Source: Eledone cirrhosa
Lineage: Eukaryota
NCBI GenBank assembly: GCA_964016885.1
Contig: OZ024765.1
Span: 8,246,001 to 8,310,000, forward strand
DNA: 64,000 nt
Reading direction: 5' to 3'
Both the position numbers and the translations under genes were made by a program. Below are positions 14,286-28,214 of the stretch, piece by piece; position 1 is the first letter of the stretch; every line of letters begins with the position of its first letter. The notes beneath the pieces were generated by a model, which ran no database searches, had not been told where the DNA came from, and was given only the letters and a program-made list of their open reading frames with translations.

Positions 14286-14976
14286 CAAAGCATAAATGAA
14301 CTAAGTGAAAAATTGGGAATAAGAGGGATCAGATGCTGTTTACTTGAGAGAAGACTACGTTGGTATGGTCACATGATGCGCATGAAAGACAACAGCTGCA
14401 TAAAAAAGTGCAGGGCGATCAAAATTGATGGTAGCTATGGAGTAGGCAGACCCAGAAAAACCTGGGACGATCTGATAAATTCCGACCTTACACACTTGCA
14501 CCTCTCCAAGACAATGTCACTGGACCGAGATCTTTGGCGCTACACAGTAATACAGAAGACCCGCCTTGCCTATGTACAAAGCGAAACCTACAGTCAGTAG
14601 GCACCTCTTAACCAAAATACACCCATGTCCCACTAACCCTACCCCACCGCCATTTACACCACTCGTTTCGATGTAAAGCTATGTTGGTACCACAACATCC
14701 AGTCCTAAATAAATGAGGTCGTGTAGGTGTCACGACAAAAAACACAGTCCACGCTGTAATGTGGCCGTGTAGGTAACACGGTAAAAACCTCCCAGTCCAC
14801 ACTGTAAATGTGGTTGGTGTTAGGAAGGGCATCCAGCCGTAGAAAACCTGCCAGATAGTCCTATATGAGCGAGACACGGTCACCCGACCAACCTTGCCTC
14901 AAGTGGGACAACTCCTGTCTAACCCATGCTAGCGTGGAAGATGGATGTTAAACGAAGATGATGATGATGATGATGA
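14286..14976 (+). mobile_element. 5'-truncated RTE LINE
   Basis: RRLRWYGHMMRM...GRPRKTWDD followed by 3' UTR and (GAT)n. Confidence 0.9.
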
Positions 14977-14988
14977 TATATATACACA

Positions 14989-15050
<62 letters not shown>

Positions 15051-15239
15051 TTAGTCAATAAAAAGTAGAGAAATGTAATGCTGGCGATGAGGAGTAGGAG
15101 AAGGGGAGGAAGGGGGAGTATAAGGGGGAGGAGGGTGTGAAGTACTGTCGTCCTTTGCAATCCTTCCACAGAAAAATGGTGGTGCCTGGTTTATATAGAC
15201 ATGGTTTACTGCCAGCTCAATAACTGCAATGCAGGCACA

Positions 15240-15280
15240 TGTATACATACACACACACACACATATATATATATATAATG

Positions 15281-15336
<56 letters not shown>

Positions 15337-15463
15337 AATATATATATATATATATATACACACAAATATATATATATATATATATATAATGTATATATAT
15401 ATATACACACGCACAAATATATATATATATATATATACGCACACAAATATATATATATTATAT

Positions 15464-15512
<49 letters not shown>

Positions 15513-15528
15513 AATATATATATATTAT

Positions 15529-15563
<35 letters not shown>

Positions 15564-15566
15564 ATG

Positions 15567-15644
<78 letters not shown>

Positions 15645-15670
15645 AATATATATATATTATATACACACAC

Positions 15671-15711
<41 letters not shown>

Positions 15712-15733
15712 AATATATATATATATATTATAT

Positions 15734-15790
<57 letters not shown>

Positions 15791-16021
15791 TATATATATA
15801 CACACATACGAGATTAAATATATACATACAATATATACACACATATATTTATATACACACACACACAAATATATATATATATACACCCATGCTAGCATGG
15901 AAGATGGACGTTAAACCATGATGATGATGATGATGATATATATATACACACACACATATATACACACACAGATGCACAAATCTATATATATATATATACA
16001 TATATATACACACACAGATGC

Positions 16022-16086
<65 letters not shown>

Positions 16087-16269
16087 CATATATATACATA
16101 CGTATATATACATATATATATATACATATATATATATACATATATATACATATATATATATACATATATATACATACATATATATACATATATATATATA
16201 TATATACATATATATACATATATATATATATACATATATATACATATATATATATATACATATATATAC

Positions 16270-16302
<33 letters not shown>

Positions 16303-16313
16303 CATATATATAC

Positions 16314-16364
<51 letters not shown>

Positions 16365-16370
16365 GATATA
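15240..16370. repeat. (TA)n/(CA)n microsatellites
   Basis: Direct inspection. Confidence 0.9.
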
Positions 16371-16556
16371 TACATGAGTGTCATTATGTGTGCAGGCAAT
16401 ATTTACTAGAATGCTGTTGTATACATTTTTGGGGGACAGCCTGTGTATATATATATACACACACAGGCTGTCCCAGTTGAGGTATGTCATCCCAGTACTG
16501 CCAAGACTGGAATTGAACCATCAGCACAGTTGAGGTATGTCAGACATCAATTCATG

Positions 16557-16622
16557 TATTTTATCTGACGAGGACGTACTGAAAAAACAGCACAGTACCT
16601 CCGAAATATATATAATAAAATA
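16557..16622 (+). ncRNA. Minimal type I hammerhead ribozyme (PLE-type)
   Basis: tattttat-CTGACGA-gga.gtactg(loop)cagtac.tcc-GAAA-tatata-TA-ataaaata: intact core, 8 bp stem I, palindromic stem III. Confidence 0.75.
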
Positions 16623-16664
16623 TATATTTTGATTATGTGAATGTCTTCATTTATTAATATTCTG

Positions 16665-16701
<37 letters not shown>

Positions 16702-17075
16702 AAATATTAAAAAAATAATGAATAAAACAATGAAACAGTTCCTTATATTAAACAAAAAAAGTTCATTATTTAACGATCGTTTCTAGGACATATATGTGTT
16801 AGAATTGGCATGCATATTCAAAAGATCTATGTACAAAATTATACAAACTATCAAAGAGAATATACATACCATCACATATATATGCTGTCTTATATATATA
16901 TATATTGATATGTTGAATTAAAACTGCACTATCCACAAATGTTTTTAACCTTCATATCATGTCCTCCTATTTTATCTGATGAAAACACAAATGTTATTGC
17001 ATGATGATATTTGTTTTTAAAATGCGCATAATAAAATACATGGAACTCATTTAACCATCTTTTGATCTTATAAAT

Positions 17076-17149
<74 letters not shown>

Positions 17150-17257
17150 AGAAGGATCAGGGGCTGTATAGTTGCTGGATAAGACTTATATATAAGAGGA
17201 AAACAAGAGTTTCAGATACACCTGGTATCTTATCACACTTTCTTTGGTATATATATA

Positions 17258-17606
17258 TCATCATCATCATCATCATCATTTCATTTTACGTCCCCTTTTC
17301 CCTGCTTGCAAGGGTGGGACGGGAACTGATTCTGGCTTGATTTCTACAGCTGGATGCCCTTCCTAACACCAACCTCATTTACAGTGAGTGCTGGGTGCTT
17401 TTATGCCGTGGTACCTCCACGACCACTTTGCAGTGGAATGATAGGGACCCCAGTCCCTATCTTCTCATTTCTACAGCTGAGTAAACTGGAGCAATGTGAA
17501 ATAAAGTCTCTTGCTCAAGGAAACAACACATCACCCAATCTGGGAATTGAACTCACAACCTTTCGATTGCAAGGCCAATGCTCTAACCACTAAGCCATGT
17601 GCCTCC
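17258..17606 (-). mobile_element. Full-length tRNA-derived SINE with RTE-type tail
   Basis: A box TGGCTTAGTGG and B box GTTCAATTC on the minus strand; Nin/Deu-like ccttgagcaag core; (GAT)n tail. Confidence 0.9.
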
Positions 17607-17647
17607 ATATATATAGGTATATATATATGTAGAAGTTGTATATGTTG

Positions 17648-18043
17648 GAAGTCCGACAAACATAAATGTTTATAACTGATTTAGAGGACTCAACAAGTTA
17701 CTGGAGTAAATATTTAATGATATTAAATAAATGGAAACTATATTTATAAAGCCATATTTATTTTATTATATATATTTCAAGGGCGACCAAGCGAACCTCT
17801 CCAGTGAATTTCCAACCGATAAGGTAGGATTTTCATGGGTACGTCTTTATTTATAAAACAAACTTTGTATTTTATCTGATGAAAGCGCACCAATGTTGTC
17901 TAGGTTACCCTTGAAATATAGATAATAAAATAAATATGGTTTTATAAATATAGTTTCCATTTATTTAATATCATGGAATATTTACTCCAGTGATCTGTTG
18001 AGTGCTCTAAATCAGTTATAAACATTTATGTTTGTCGGACTTC
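17648..18043. mobile_element. Penelope-like inverted terminal repeat pair with hammerhead (17868-17932)
   Basis: Arms ~17648-17790 and ~17905-18043 are reverse complements; CTGATGA...GAAA core of the same family as 16557. Confidence 0.7.
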
Positions 18044-18179
18044 TAGAGAGAAAGAGAGAGGGGGGGGAGAAGACTTGAAGAGGTGCAACAAGAAAACCTG
18101 AAATATTTAAGAAAATATTTTAAGACACACCACAAACAAGAAAAAAGCACAAAAAGCAGAAAAAATTACACCCCTACAT

Positions 18180-19850
18180 ACACATACAAAAACACACATA
18201 CACTCAAACACCACATACACATACACAGGACTAAAAACACACACACACACAACACCACACACTCATGCACACAAAACACACATATACACAACAAAACACA
18301 CACACAAACACAAACAACAAAACACACACACACACAAACACACACACAAAAACACACACACACACACACAACAAAACATACACACACAAACACACAAACA
18401 CAACAAAACACACACACACACACACAACAAAACACACACAACAAACCACACACACACAACAAAACACGCACACAACAAAACACACAACAAACCACACAAC
18501 AAAACACACACAACAAAACACACACACAACAAACCACACAACAAAACACACACAAAAAAACACACACACAACAAACCACACAACAAAACACACACACAAC
18601 AAACCACACAACAAAACACACACAACAAAACACACACACAACAAACCACACAACAAAACACACAACAAAACACACCACAAAATAATGTCAGAAGTTGTTA
18701 AATCTTCATAAAACTGTTACAAACCTGTTCCTTCATATTTCTGTCTTGGTTTAGAGTTGTTATATAACTGTTATATATAGTGTGTTGTATATATTACTGT
18801 GTATATAGTGTGGTGTATATATTACTGTGTATATAGTGTGGTGTATATATTACTGTGTATATAATTCTGTCCTGTTTTTAGAGTCGTTCTGGTGTAATTC
18901 TTGTTGAATAAATAATATAAGTGTTGTATACACTGCTGTGTGTATACACTTGCGTGTGTATAATGGTGTATATACTGCTGAGTGTATAGTTCTGTATGTA
19001 TGCTATGTATATGTAGGCTATAAGTGTTGTATAGTGGTGTGTGTATGTGTGACACGCATCTGTGTGTATGTGGGTACGTATGTATGTATATGGTGTATAT
19101 ACTGTGTGTATGTGGGTACGTATGTATGTATATGGTGTTGTATGTGTGTGTATATGTTGTATATACTGTAGGTATGTGTACGTATGTATGTATATGGTGT
19201 TGTATGTGTACTTGTGTAATGTATATGTGTGTATATATCTATATATGTGTGTGTGTATATATATATATGTGTGTATATATATATATGTGTGTGTGTATAC
19301 TATAGGTATGTATAAGTGTGTATGTATAGTGTATGTGTATATAGGCGTATGTATATAATGGTAACAGCCTTCAGAAAGTTGTGTATACACCACAAACCAA
19401 CACCCCACTTCCGCCACTACACCTCCTCCACCACACACACACACACCCTCTCACACATAGACAGACAGTCACACACACACACGCACAGAGTTACACACAC
19501 AAACACACCCTTGCACACACACACATACAGGGACAGACAGTCAAACACACACACATAGACAGACAGTCACACGCACAAACACACACATACATATATACAT
19601 GTCGTAGCATACATATACGCATAGATAGACACAGGCACAGATAGTTAGACACAAACACGCATTCACTCACACACACATAGATATCTCTCTCTACATATAT
19701 ATACACACACAAACACACCCTCGCATACACACACACATAGAGAGACAAACATAGAGACACACACATATAAAGAGAGACACACACATATTTCGACACACAT
19801 ATTTACACACATATTTACATACACATGTTTACGCACACACACACACACTG
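18180..19850. repeat. (CA/CAA)n and (TG/TA)n low-complexity repeats
   Basis: Direct inspection. Confidence 0.85.
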
Positions 19851-19899
19851 GATTTGACATATTTTATTAACAAATGTTCCAGTGAACTTCTGGTATTTA

Positions 19900-19925
19900 A
19901 TGTTGTAGTAGTAGGGGTGGTGGTT

Positions 19926-19957
<32 letters not shown>

Positions 19958-20003
19958 GGGGGTGGTAGTGGGGGTGGTAGTAGTGGGGGTAGTAGTAGTG
20001 GTG

Positions 20004-20062
<59 letters not shown>

Positions 20063-20072
20063 GGTGGTGGTG

Positions 20073-20125
<53 letters not shown>

Positions 20126-20243
20126 GGTGGTGGTGGTGGTAGTGGTGGTAGTAGTAGTGGGGGTAGTAGTGGGGGTAGTAGTAGTAGTAGTAATAGTAGT
20201 AGTAGTAGTGGTGGTAGTAGTAGTGGAGGTAGTAGTGGGAGTG

Positions 20244-20298
<55 letters not shown>

Positions 20299-20345
20299 CG
20301 GTTGTAGTAGTAGTAGTAGCGGTTGTAGTAGTAGTAGTAGTGATG

Positions 20346-20380
<35 letters not shown>

Positions 20381-20972
20381 GGTGGTAGTAGTAGTGGTGG
20401 TGGTAGTGGTAGTAGTAGTGGTAGTGGTGGTGGTGGTAGTAGTGGTGGTGGTGGTGATAGTAGTAGTGGTGGTAGTAGTGGGGGTGGTAGTAGTAGTAGT
20501 GGTGATGGTAGTAGTAGTAGTGGTGGTAGTAGTAGTAGTGGTGGTGGTAATAGTAGTAGCGGTTGTAGTAGTAGTAGTGGTGGTGGTGGTGGTAGTAGTG
20601 GTAGTGGTGGTAGTAGTAGTAGTAGTGGTAGTAGTAGTGGTGGTAGTAGTAGTGGTGGTGGTGGTAGTAGTAGTGGTAGTAGTAGTGGTGGTGGTGATAG
20701 TAGTAGTGGTGGTGGTGGTAGTAGTGGTAGTAGTAGTGATGGTAGTGGTAGTAGTAGTGGTGGTGGTGGTGGTAGTAGTAGTAGTAGTGGTGGTAGTAGT
20801 AGTGGTGCTGGTAGTAGTAGTGGTTGTAGTAGTAGTAGTAGTAGTAGTGGTAGTAGTAGTAGTAGTAGTAGTAGTAGTGATGGTAGTGGTGGTAGTAGTA
20901 GTAGTGGTGGTAGTAGTAGTAGTAGTGGTGGTAGTAGTAGCGGTTGTAGTAGTAGTAGTAGTAGTGATGGTG

Positions 20973-21006
<34 letters not shown>

Positions 21007-21167
21007 CGGTTGTAGTAGTAGTAGTGGTGGTGGTGGTGGTAGTAGTGGTAGTGGTGGTAGTAGTAGTAGTAGTAGTGGTAGTAGTAGTGGTGGTAGTAGT
21101 AGTGGTGGTGGTAGTAGTAGTGGTAGTAGTAGTGGTGGTGGTGATAGTAGTAGTGGTGGTGGTGGTG

Positions 21168-21205
<38 letters not shown>

Positions 21206-21422
21206 GGTGCTGGTAGTAGTAGTGGTTGTAGTAGTAGTAGTAGTAGTAGTGGTAGTAGTAGTAGTAGTAGTAGTGATGGTAGTAGTAGTGGTGGTGGTGG
21301 TGGTGGTGGTGGTGGTGGTAGTGGTGGTAGTAGTAGTGGGGGTAGTAGTGGGGGTAGTAGTAGTAGTAGTAATAGTAGTAGTAGTAGTGGTGGTAGTAGT
21401 AGTGGAGGTAGTAGTGGGAGTG

Positions 21423-21477
<55 letters not shown>

Positions 21478-21524
21478 CGGTTGTAGTAGTAGTAGTAGCG
21501 GTTGTAGTAGTAGTAGTAGTGATG

Positions 21525-21559
<35 letters not shown>

Positions 21560-22151
21560 GGTGGTAGTAGTAGTGGTGGTGGTAGTGGTAGTAGTAGTGG
21601 TAGTGGTGGTGGTGGTAGTAGTGGTGGTGGTGGTGATAGTAGTAGTGGTGGTAGTAGTGGGGGTGGTAGTAGTAGTAGTGGTGATGGTAGTAGTAGTAGT
21701 GGTGGTAGTAGTAGTAGTGGTGGTGGTAATAGTAGTAGCGGTTGTAGTAGTAGTAGTGGTGGTGGTGGTGGTAGTAGTGGTAGTGGTGGTAGTAGTAGTA
21801 GTAGTGGTAGTAGTAGTGGTGGTAGTAGTAGTGGTGGTGGTGGTAGTAGTAGTGGTAGTAGTAGTGGTGGTGGTGATAGTAGTAGTGGTGGTGGTGGTAG
21901 TAGTGGTAGTAGTAGTGATGGTAGTGGTAGTAGTAGTGGTGGTGGTGGTGGTAGTAGTAGTAGTAGTGGTGGTAGTAGTAGTGGTGCTGGTAGTAGTAGT
22001 GGTTGTAGTAGTAGTAGTAGTAGTAGTGGTAGTAGTAGTAGTAGTAGTAGTAGTAGTGATGGTAGTGGTGGTAGTAGTAGTAGTGGTGGTAGTAGTAGTA
22101 GTAGTGGTGGTAGTAGTAGCGGTTGTAGTAGTAGTAGTAGTAGTGATGGTG

Positions 22152-22185
<34 letters not shown>

Positions 22186-22391
22186 CGGTTGTAGTAGTAG
22201 TAGTGGTGGTGGTGGTGGTAGTAGTGGTAGTGGTGGTAGTAGTAGTAGTAGTAGTGGTAGTAGTAGTGGTGGTAGTAGTAGTGGTGGTGGTAGTAGTAGT
22301 GGTAGTAGTAGTGGTGGTGGTGATAGTAGTGGTGGTAGTGGTGGTGGTGGTGGTGGTTGTAGTAGTAGTGGTGGTGGTAGTAGTACTGGTG

Positions 22392-22423
<32 letters not shown>

Positions 22424-22916
22424 GATAGTAGTAGTGGTGGTAGTAGTAGTGGTAGTAGTAGTGGTGGCGGTGGTAGTAGTGGTGGTAGTAGTAGTGGTGG
22501 TGGTGATAGTAGTAGTGGTGGTAGTAGTGGTGGTGGTAGTAGTGGTGGTGGTGGTAGTAGTGGTAGTAGTAGTGATGGTAGTGGTAGTAGTAGTGGTGGT
22601 GGTTGTAGTTGTGGTAGTAGTAGTAGTGGTGGTAGTGGTAGTGGTAGTGGTGGTAGTAGTAGTAGTAGTGGTGGTAGTGGTCGTGCTGGTAGTAGTAGTG
22701 GTTGTAGTAGTAGTAGTGATGGTAGTGGTGGCAGTAGTAGTAGTGGTGGTGGTGGTAGTAGTAGTAGTGGTGGTAGTAGTAGTGGTGGTGGTAGTGGTAG
22801 TAGTAGTGGTGGTGGTAGTAGTAGCGGTTGTAGAAGTAGTAGTAGCGGTTGTAATAGTAGTAGTGGTGGTGGTGGTGGTAGTAGTGGTGGTGGTAGTAGT
22901 AGTAGTGGTGGTGGTG

Positions 22917-22948
<32 letters not shown>

Positions 22949-23228
22949 GGTGGTGGTGGTAGTAGTGGTGGTAGTAGTGGTGGTGTAGTGGTGGTAGTAG
23001 TAGCGGTTGTAGTAGTAGTAGTAGTGATGGTGGTAGTAGTAGTAGCGGTGGTAGTGGTAGTAGTAGCGGTTGTAGTAGTAGTAGTGGTGGTGGTTGTAGT
23101 AGTAGTAGTGGTGGTAGTAGTGGTGATAGTAGTAGTGGTGGTGATAGTGGTAGTAGTAGTGGTGGTAGTAGTAGTAGTAGGTGGTGGTGGTAGTAGTAGT
23201 AGTGGTGGTAGTAGTAGTAGTAGTGGTG
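19900..23228. repeat. 3.3 kb (GTA/GTG)n array with ~1.18 kb internal duplication
   Basis: Triplet array; the variant pattern starting at ~20158 recurs at ~21337. Confidence 0.95.
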
Positions 23229-23698
23229 GCTTTACCTCACATATCATTTACATTACTCTATATATACTATTGTATTGTCACAGTAAAGGCTTTACCTCAC
23301 ATATCAAATTTATGAGGTTTTGATATGATTTATTTAGAGAATAATACCTTAACATCAGTATGAGTGGCCAGTTACAGCTGGTTTGAACAAAAAGATGTGA
23401 AAGAATTCTGGCCAGATGCAGCCAATTTAAATGTTAATGAGTTAAAAAACATTATACATAACCATAAAATATTACTAGAAATCCCATGTCATTATATACA
23501 CTATATACACTTTAAGTGGTTTTCTGCTAGCCTGTGTAGTGTGTATATTGATATTATACGCAGATATATATACATGTAGATATGATACATCAAATAAAAT
23601 CCTAATTGACAATATATAATACACAGAAATTGAATGAAGACTGTGTTACACTGTCTTATGTAATCAGTAACGTAATCCATGATACATTAAAAAAGACA

Positions 23699-24037
23699 TG
23701 ATCATCATATAGATCATGTTTATGTCCGCTTTTCCCTGCTTGCAAGGGTGGGACAGGAACTGATTCTGGCTTGATTTCTACAGCTGGATGCCCCTCCTAA
23801 CACCAACCTCATTTACAGTGAGTGCTGGGTGCTTTTTTGCCGTGGCACCTCCACGACCACTTTGCAGTGGAATAAGGACCCCAGTCCCTATCATCTCATT
23901 TCTACAGCTGAGGAAACTGGAGCAATGTGAAATAAAGTGTCTTGCTCAAGGAAACAACACATCACTTGGTCTGAGAATTGAACTCACAACCTTTCGATTG
24001 CAAGGCCAATGCTCTAACCACTAAGCCATGTGCCTCC
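23699..24037 (-). mobile_element. Full-length tRNA-derived SINE with target-site duplication
   Basis: Same family as 17258; flanked by direct repeat attaaaaaagaca. Confidence 0.9.
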
Positions 24038-24864
24038 ATTAAAAAAGACAATATTATATATAAACTGCATTAGGAGAAAATTAGTGACAGAAATATATGA
24101 ATATTTATTTAAGCGATCGCTAACCGGAAGTGTTGAAATTTGAAAATTTTAAAGAAGTGAATCTTAAAAAATAAGCAATAAAATCATTTATAATCAAGAA
24201 TAACGAAATTTAGAAGATAAATTATGTAATATTGAATCATTATTTATTCAAAGTAATCCAACTTATTTTACAAAAAATATATTCTGGCACAGTCCTGTAC
24301 TCCTTACTTTATTATAGTTTAGATAGGATGGGTTGGGATCTCATTATGTAAACTAAACGACTAATTCTGGTTTTTTAAAAAATGAAAGATAACCTAGAAA
24401 AATTACCGATTTTTCACACACATACTATTTGGGACTGGAGAATACACAAAATCGATAAAAATCTAGATTAAATGCTTCTTTATGTAGCCACTGGGGTGTA
24501 TCTAAATTTCTGCTTTATTTTTTATATTTTTGTAGTCAGGCAACCATGACTGGTTTTATCTTTGTTCAGATAGAAAGAGGGAGAAGCTAGCTAGGCTTAG
24601 AGCCAGCTGGCAACACTAGGCAGATACACACAATATAATGAGTATAATTGTGTTATTGTTGTTGGTAAGGTAACTGCTTCAATGAGAAAAGTAATCAGAA
24701 ATACTAACACAAAGATAGTGTTTCACTGTTCACAAGTGTTGAGTGTTCATTTGACATACAGTGGGATTTTAAACACCCACTAGTGTGTGTGTATATATAA
24801 ACAAAATTAGAATTTTATTTCTCGCTCTAGCACAGCTGATACTTAGAAGTAATTATGCATACGT

Positions 24865-25027
24865 ACACGGTAGAGGGAAGATCACGAAAAACATAGGCGG
24901 AGGTGGTGAAAGCAGAGCTCAGGTCACGGTGGAGATGATGAAGGACCGTGACAAGTGGAGAGATGCTGTGCTGAATAATAAGACCCGTCCCACCCTTGCA
25001 AGCAGGCGTATGATGATGATGATGATG
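24865..25027 (+). mobile_element. RTE LINE 3' terminal fragment
   Basis: VEMMKDRDKWRDAVL...TRPTLASR followed by (GAT)n; similar fragment at 44438-44590. Confidence 0.75.
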
Positions 25028-25274
25028 TGTGTACATAGATTGGCAGTTTTTTTATTATCAGTTGTCATAGACTTTGTGTTGGAGATGATGTGTAAGCCAG
25101 CCTCCAGTGGATGTTTGGCCAGTACATTTAGTCTTGCAGATCAGTTCTAGAATAACTCAGGATGGCCAGATTCTCTGCATCACTCTTTAATCCTTTAAAC
25201 CGGCTGTAATTAGCCACTCATACTGATGTTAAGATGTTTTCAAAGTAAATATCATCATCAAAATCACAGATTCG

Positions 25275-25945
25275 ATGTGAGGTAAAGCCTTTACTGTGAC
25301 AATACAATAGTATATATAGAGTAATGTAAATGTTATGTGAGATATTATGTGAGGTAAAGCCTTTACTGTGAAAATACAATAGTATATATAGAGAAATGTA
25401 AATGTTATGTGAGATATTATGTGAGGTAAAGCCTTTACTGTGAAAATACAATAGTATATATAGAGTAATGTAAATGTTATGTGAGATATTATGTGAGGTA
25501 AAGCCTTTACTGTGAAAATACAATAGTATATATAGAGAAATGTAAATGTTATGTGAGATAAAGCCTTTACTGTGAAAATACAATAGTATATATAGAGTAA
25601 TGTAAATGTTATGTGAGGTAAAGCCTTTACTGTGAAAATACAATAGTATATATAGAGTAATGTAAATGTTATGTGAGATATTATGTGAGGTAAAGCCTTT
25701 ACTGTGACAATACAATAGTATATATAGAGTAATGTAAATGTTATGTGAGGTATCATGTGAGGTAAAGCCTTTACCGTGACAATACAATAGTATATATAGT
25801 GTAATGTAGATGTTATGTGAGGTAAAGCCTTTACTGTGAAAATACAATAGTATATATATAGTAATGTAGATGTTATGTGAGGTATTATGTGAGGTAAAGC
25901 CTTTACTGTGACAATTCAATAGTATATATAGAGTAATGTAGATGT
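25275..25945 (-). repeat. 60/72 bp MITE-derived tandem array
   Basis: Same unit family as 6485-7330. Confidence 0.9.
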
Positions 25946-26379
25946 TAAACTCTGCTGTTGGTGATCAAACTTTGTGGAGAAAACTGTCATATTGATGCAG
26001 TCTGCAACTGACAGCCTTTAGTGTCACAAGTGTGTACATATGCATACTTACTTTTACATGTGTATATATATATACATAGTTATACTTAGGGAGGGTCAAG
26101 CTGCCAATAGAAATACATGCACCTGTTGGTTCAACAACCAGAAGGTCGTTTAATGTCAAAGCTTTTAGTCACATTCGGCGACTAGGTTTTTATTGTCTTT
26201 CCAACACCGTCATGTCTTTGCGAGTTGTGTACATCTTCGTAAAATTAGTTGTGTGGCCCTCAGACAACACGCATCACCCATGTGGACCTCGGAGGACCCT
26301 CAGTTTGACATGCCTGGTGTAGGTGATACAACAAAAAGCACCGGGTTTTATGAGCCCCTCGGCTCAAGATAGACTTTAA

Positions 26380-26965
26380 CCATGTAATGGACTGGTGTCC
26401 TGCTCAGGGAAGTCTTGTACCTTCAGTCACATCCCACACCAGAAACCAGCCTCTCCGGGGTCGAGACAGACCTTAACTGTGTGATGAACTGGGGTCCTGC
26501 TCAGGGAAGTCTTGTACCTTCAGTCACATCCCACACCAGAAACCAGCCTCTCCGGGGTCGAGACAGACCTTAACTGTGTGATGAACTGGGGTCCTGCTCA
26601 GGGAAGTCTTGTACCTTCAGTCACTTCCCACACCAGAAACCAGCCTCTCCGGGGGTCGAGACAGACCTTAAATGTGTGATGAACTGGGGTCCTGTCCAGT
26701 GGGAGTCCTGTAAGTTCAGTCACTTCCCACACCAGAAACCAGCCTCTCCGGGGTCAAGACAGACCTTAACTGTGTGATGAACTGGGGTCCTGCTCAGGGA
26801 AGTCTTGTACCTTCAGTCACATCCCACACCAGAAACCAGCCTCTCCGGGGTCGAGACAGACCTTAACTGTGTGATGAACTGGGGTCCTGTCCAGTGGGAG
26901 TCCTGTAAGTTCAGTCACTTCACACACCAGAAACCAGGGATAAGGACCAGCCTCTCCGGGGCCGA
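26380..26965 (+). repeat. 97 bp tandem array (~5.5 copies), probably SINE V-domain-derived
   Basis: Period 97 (26441 to 26538); tgtgatgaactggggtcctgtccag resembles the V-SINE core. Confidence 0.75.
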
Positions 26966-27126
26966 GACAGGTTTTAACCCCGGTGTCCCATTTAGGGATA
27001 AGGACTAGCCTGAAGATCCTCAGTTCAGAGAAAGACTTTAACTTAACCAAAGAAGCACAATAAGAAAACAATAATAAAACAGAAGAAAAGCTGAGATATT
27101 CCGAGGAACAAGTCTTTAATGACCAG

Positions 27127-27141
27127 TTTATTACATTTATT
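27127..27141 (-). terminator. RPS4 polyadenylation signals (two AATAAA)
   Basis: AATAAA at 27141-27136 overlapping the stop codon and at 27132-27127; short 3' UTR typical of ribosomal protein mRNAs. Confidence 0.7.
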
Positions 27142-27263
27142 GTTGTTGTCTAGCTGCAATTCTCTTATCTCTTTCTTCTGAAACAGTTAGTCTCACACCC
27201 TTACCCTTCGGTAGTGACACCCACGGCTTGTTGCCTTTGCCAATGATGAAAACATTTTTAATT
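27137..27263 (-). CDS. RPS4: 40S ribosomal protein S4, exon 7 (last)
   Basis: tttag acceptor; (R)[41 protein letters not shown]; joined CDS is 792 nt. Confidence 0.95.
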
Positions 27264-27351
27264 CTAAAGAAAAAAGAAAAGAAAAAAAAAAAATTATTGC
27301 CAATTACACATTAAACAACACAATATAATTATTTCAATAACAAAGATATCA

Positions 27352-27683
27352 AGAAACATCCAGTTTGTTCTTTAGACAAAACAATTGTGTTTTAGATAAG
27401 TTTTCAAAATTAATATCTATTAAAAATGAAAGTGAGGCCGAGTTAAAATATCTTATAACGGAAAAAATGTATATATACACACATGCATACATCTATATAC
27501 ACTCTTACATAAATATATGTATAGATGCACACATGTAGGTTTATATGTATAGATGCACACATGTAGGTTTATGTGTGTATATATAATTTCTTTTCCGTTA
27601 TAAGATGTTATTTTAACTAATTTTCAATAGATATCAATTCCAAAAACATAATTGTTTTGCCTAACGAACGAGCTGGATGTTTC
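27352..27683. mobile_element. MITE-like imperfect inverted repeat
   Basis: agaaacatccagtttgttc...gaacgagctggatgtttct with ~110 bp imperfect arms. Confidence 0.55.
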
Positions 27684-27869
27684 TGTAAGAATTATCTAGT
27701 TACTCAAATACACACAATAAATGTACATTACTAGAAATCCCACGTTATAACATAAACAGGATGGGTTGAGGTCTCAATATGTAAACTAAACGACTAATTC
27801 TGGTTTTTAAAAAACAAGGTAGGAAAAAATTACCAATTTACTTATTATTTGGGACCCGAGAGAATATAT

Positions 27870-28214
27870 ATCATCATCATTCATCATTTAATTTTACGTC
27901 CGCCTTTCCCTGCTAGCTAGGGTGGGACGGGAACTGATTCTGGCTTGATTTCTACAGCTGGATGCCCTTCCTAACACCAACCTCATTTACAGTGAGTGCT
28001 GGGTGCTTTTTTGCCGTGGCACCTCCACGACCACTTTGCAGTGGAATGATATGGACCCCAGTCCCTATCATCTCATTTCTACAGCTGAGTGAACTGGAGC
28101 AATGTGAAATAAAGTGTCTTGCTCAAGGAAACAACACATCACCCGGTCTGAGAATTGAACTCACAACCTTTCAATTGCAAGTCCATTGCTCTAACCACTA
28201 AGCCATGTGCCTCC
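27870..28214 (-). mobile_element. Full-length tRNA-derived SINE
   Basis: Same family as 17258. Confidence 0.9.

Noticed and set aside
19854-23247. 1044 aa poly-Val and 1116 aa Pro/Leu ORFs
   Set aside because: Triplet-repeat artefacts
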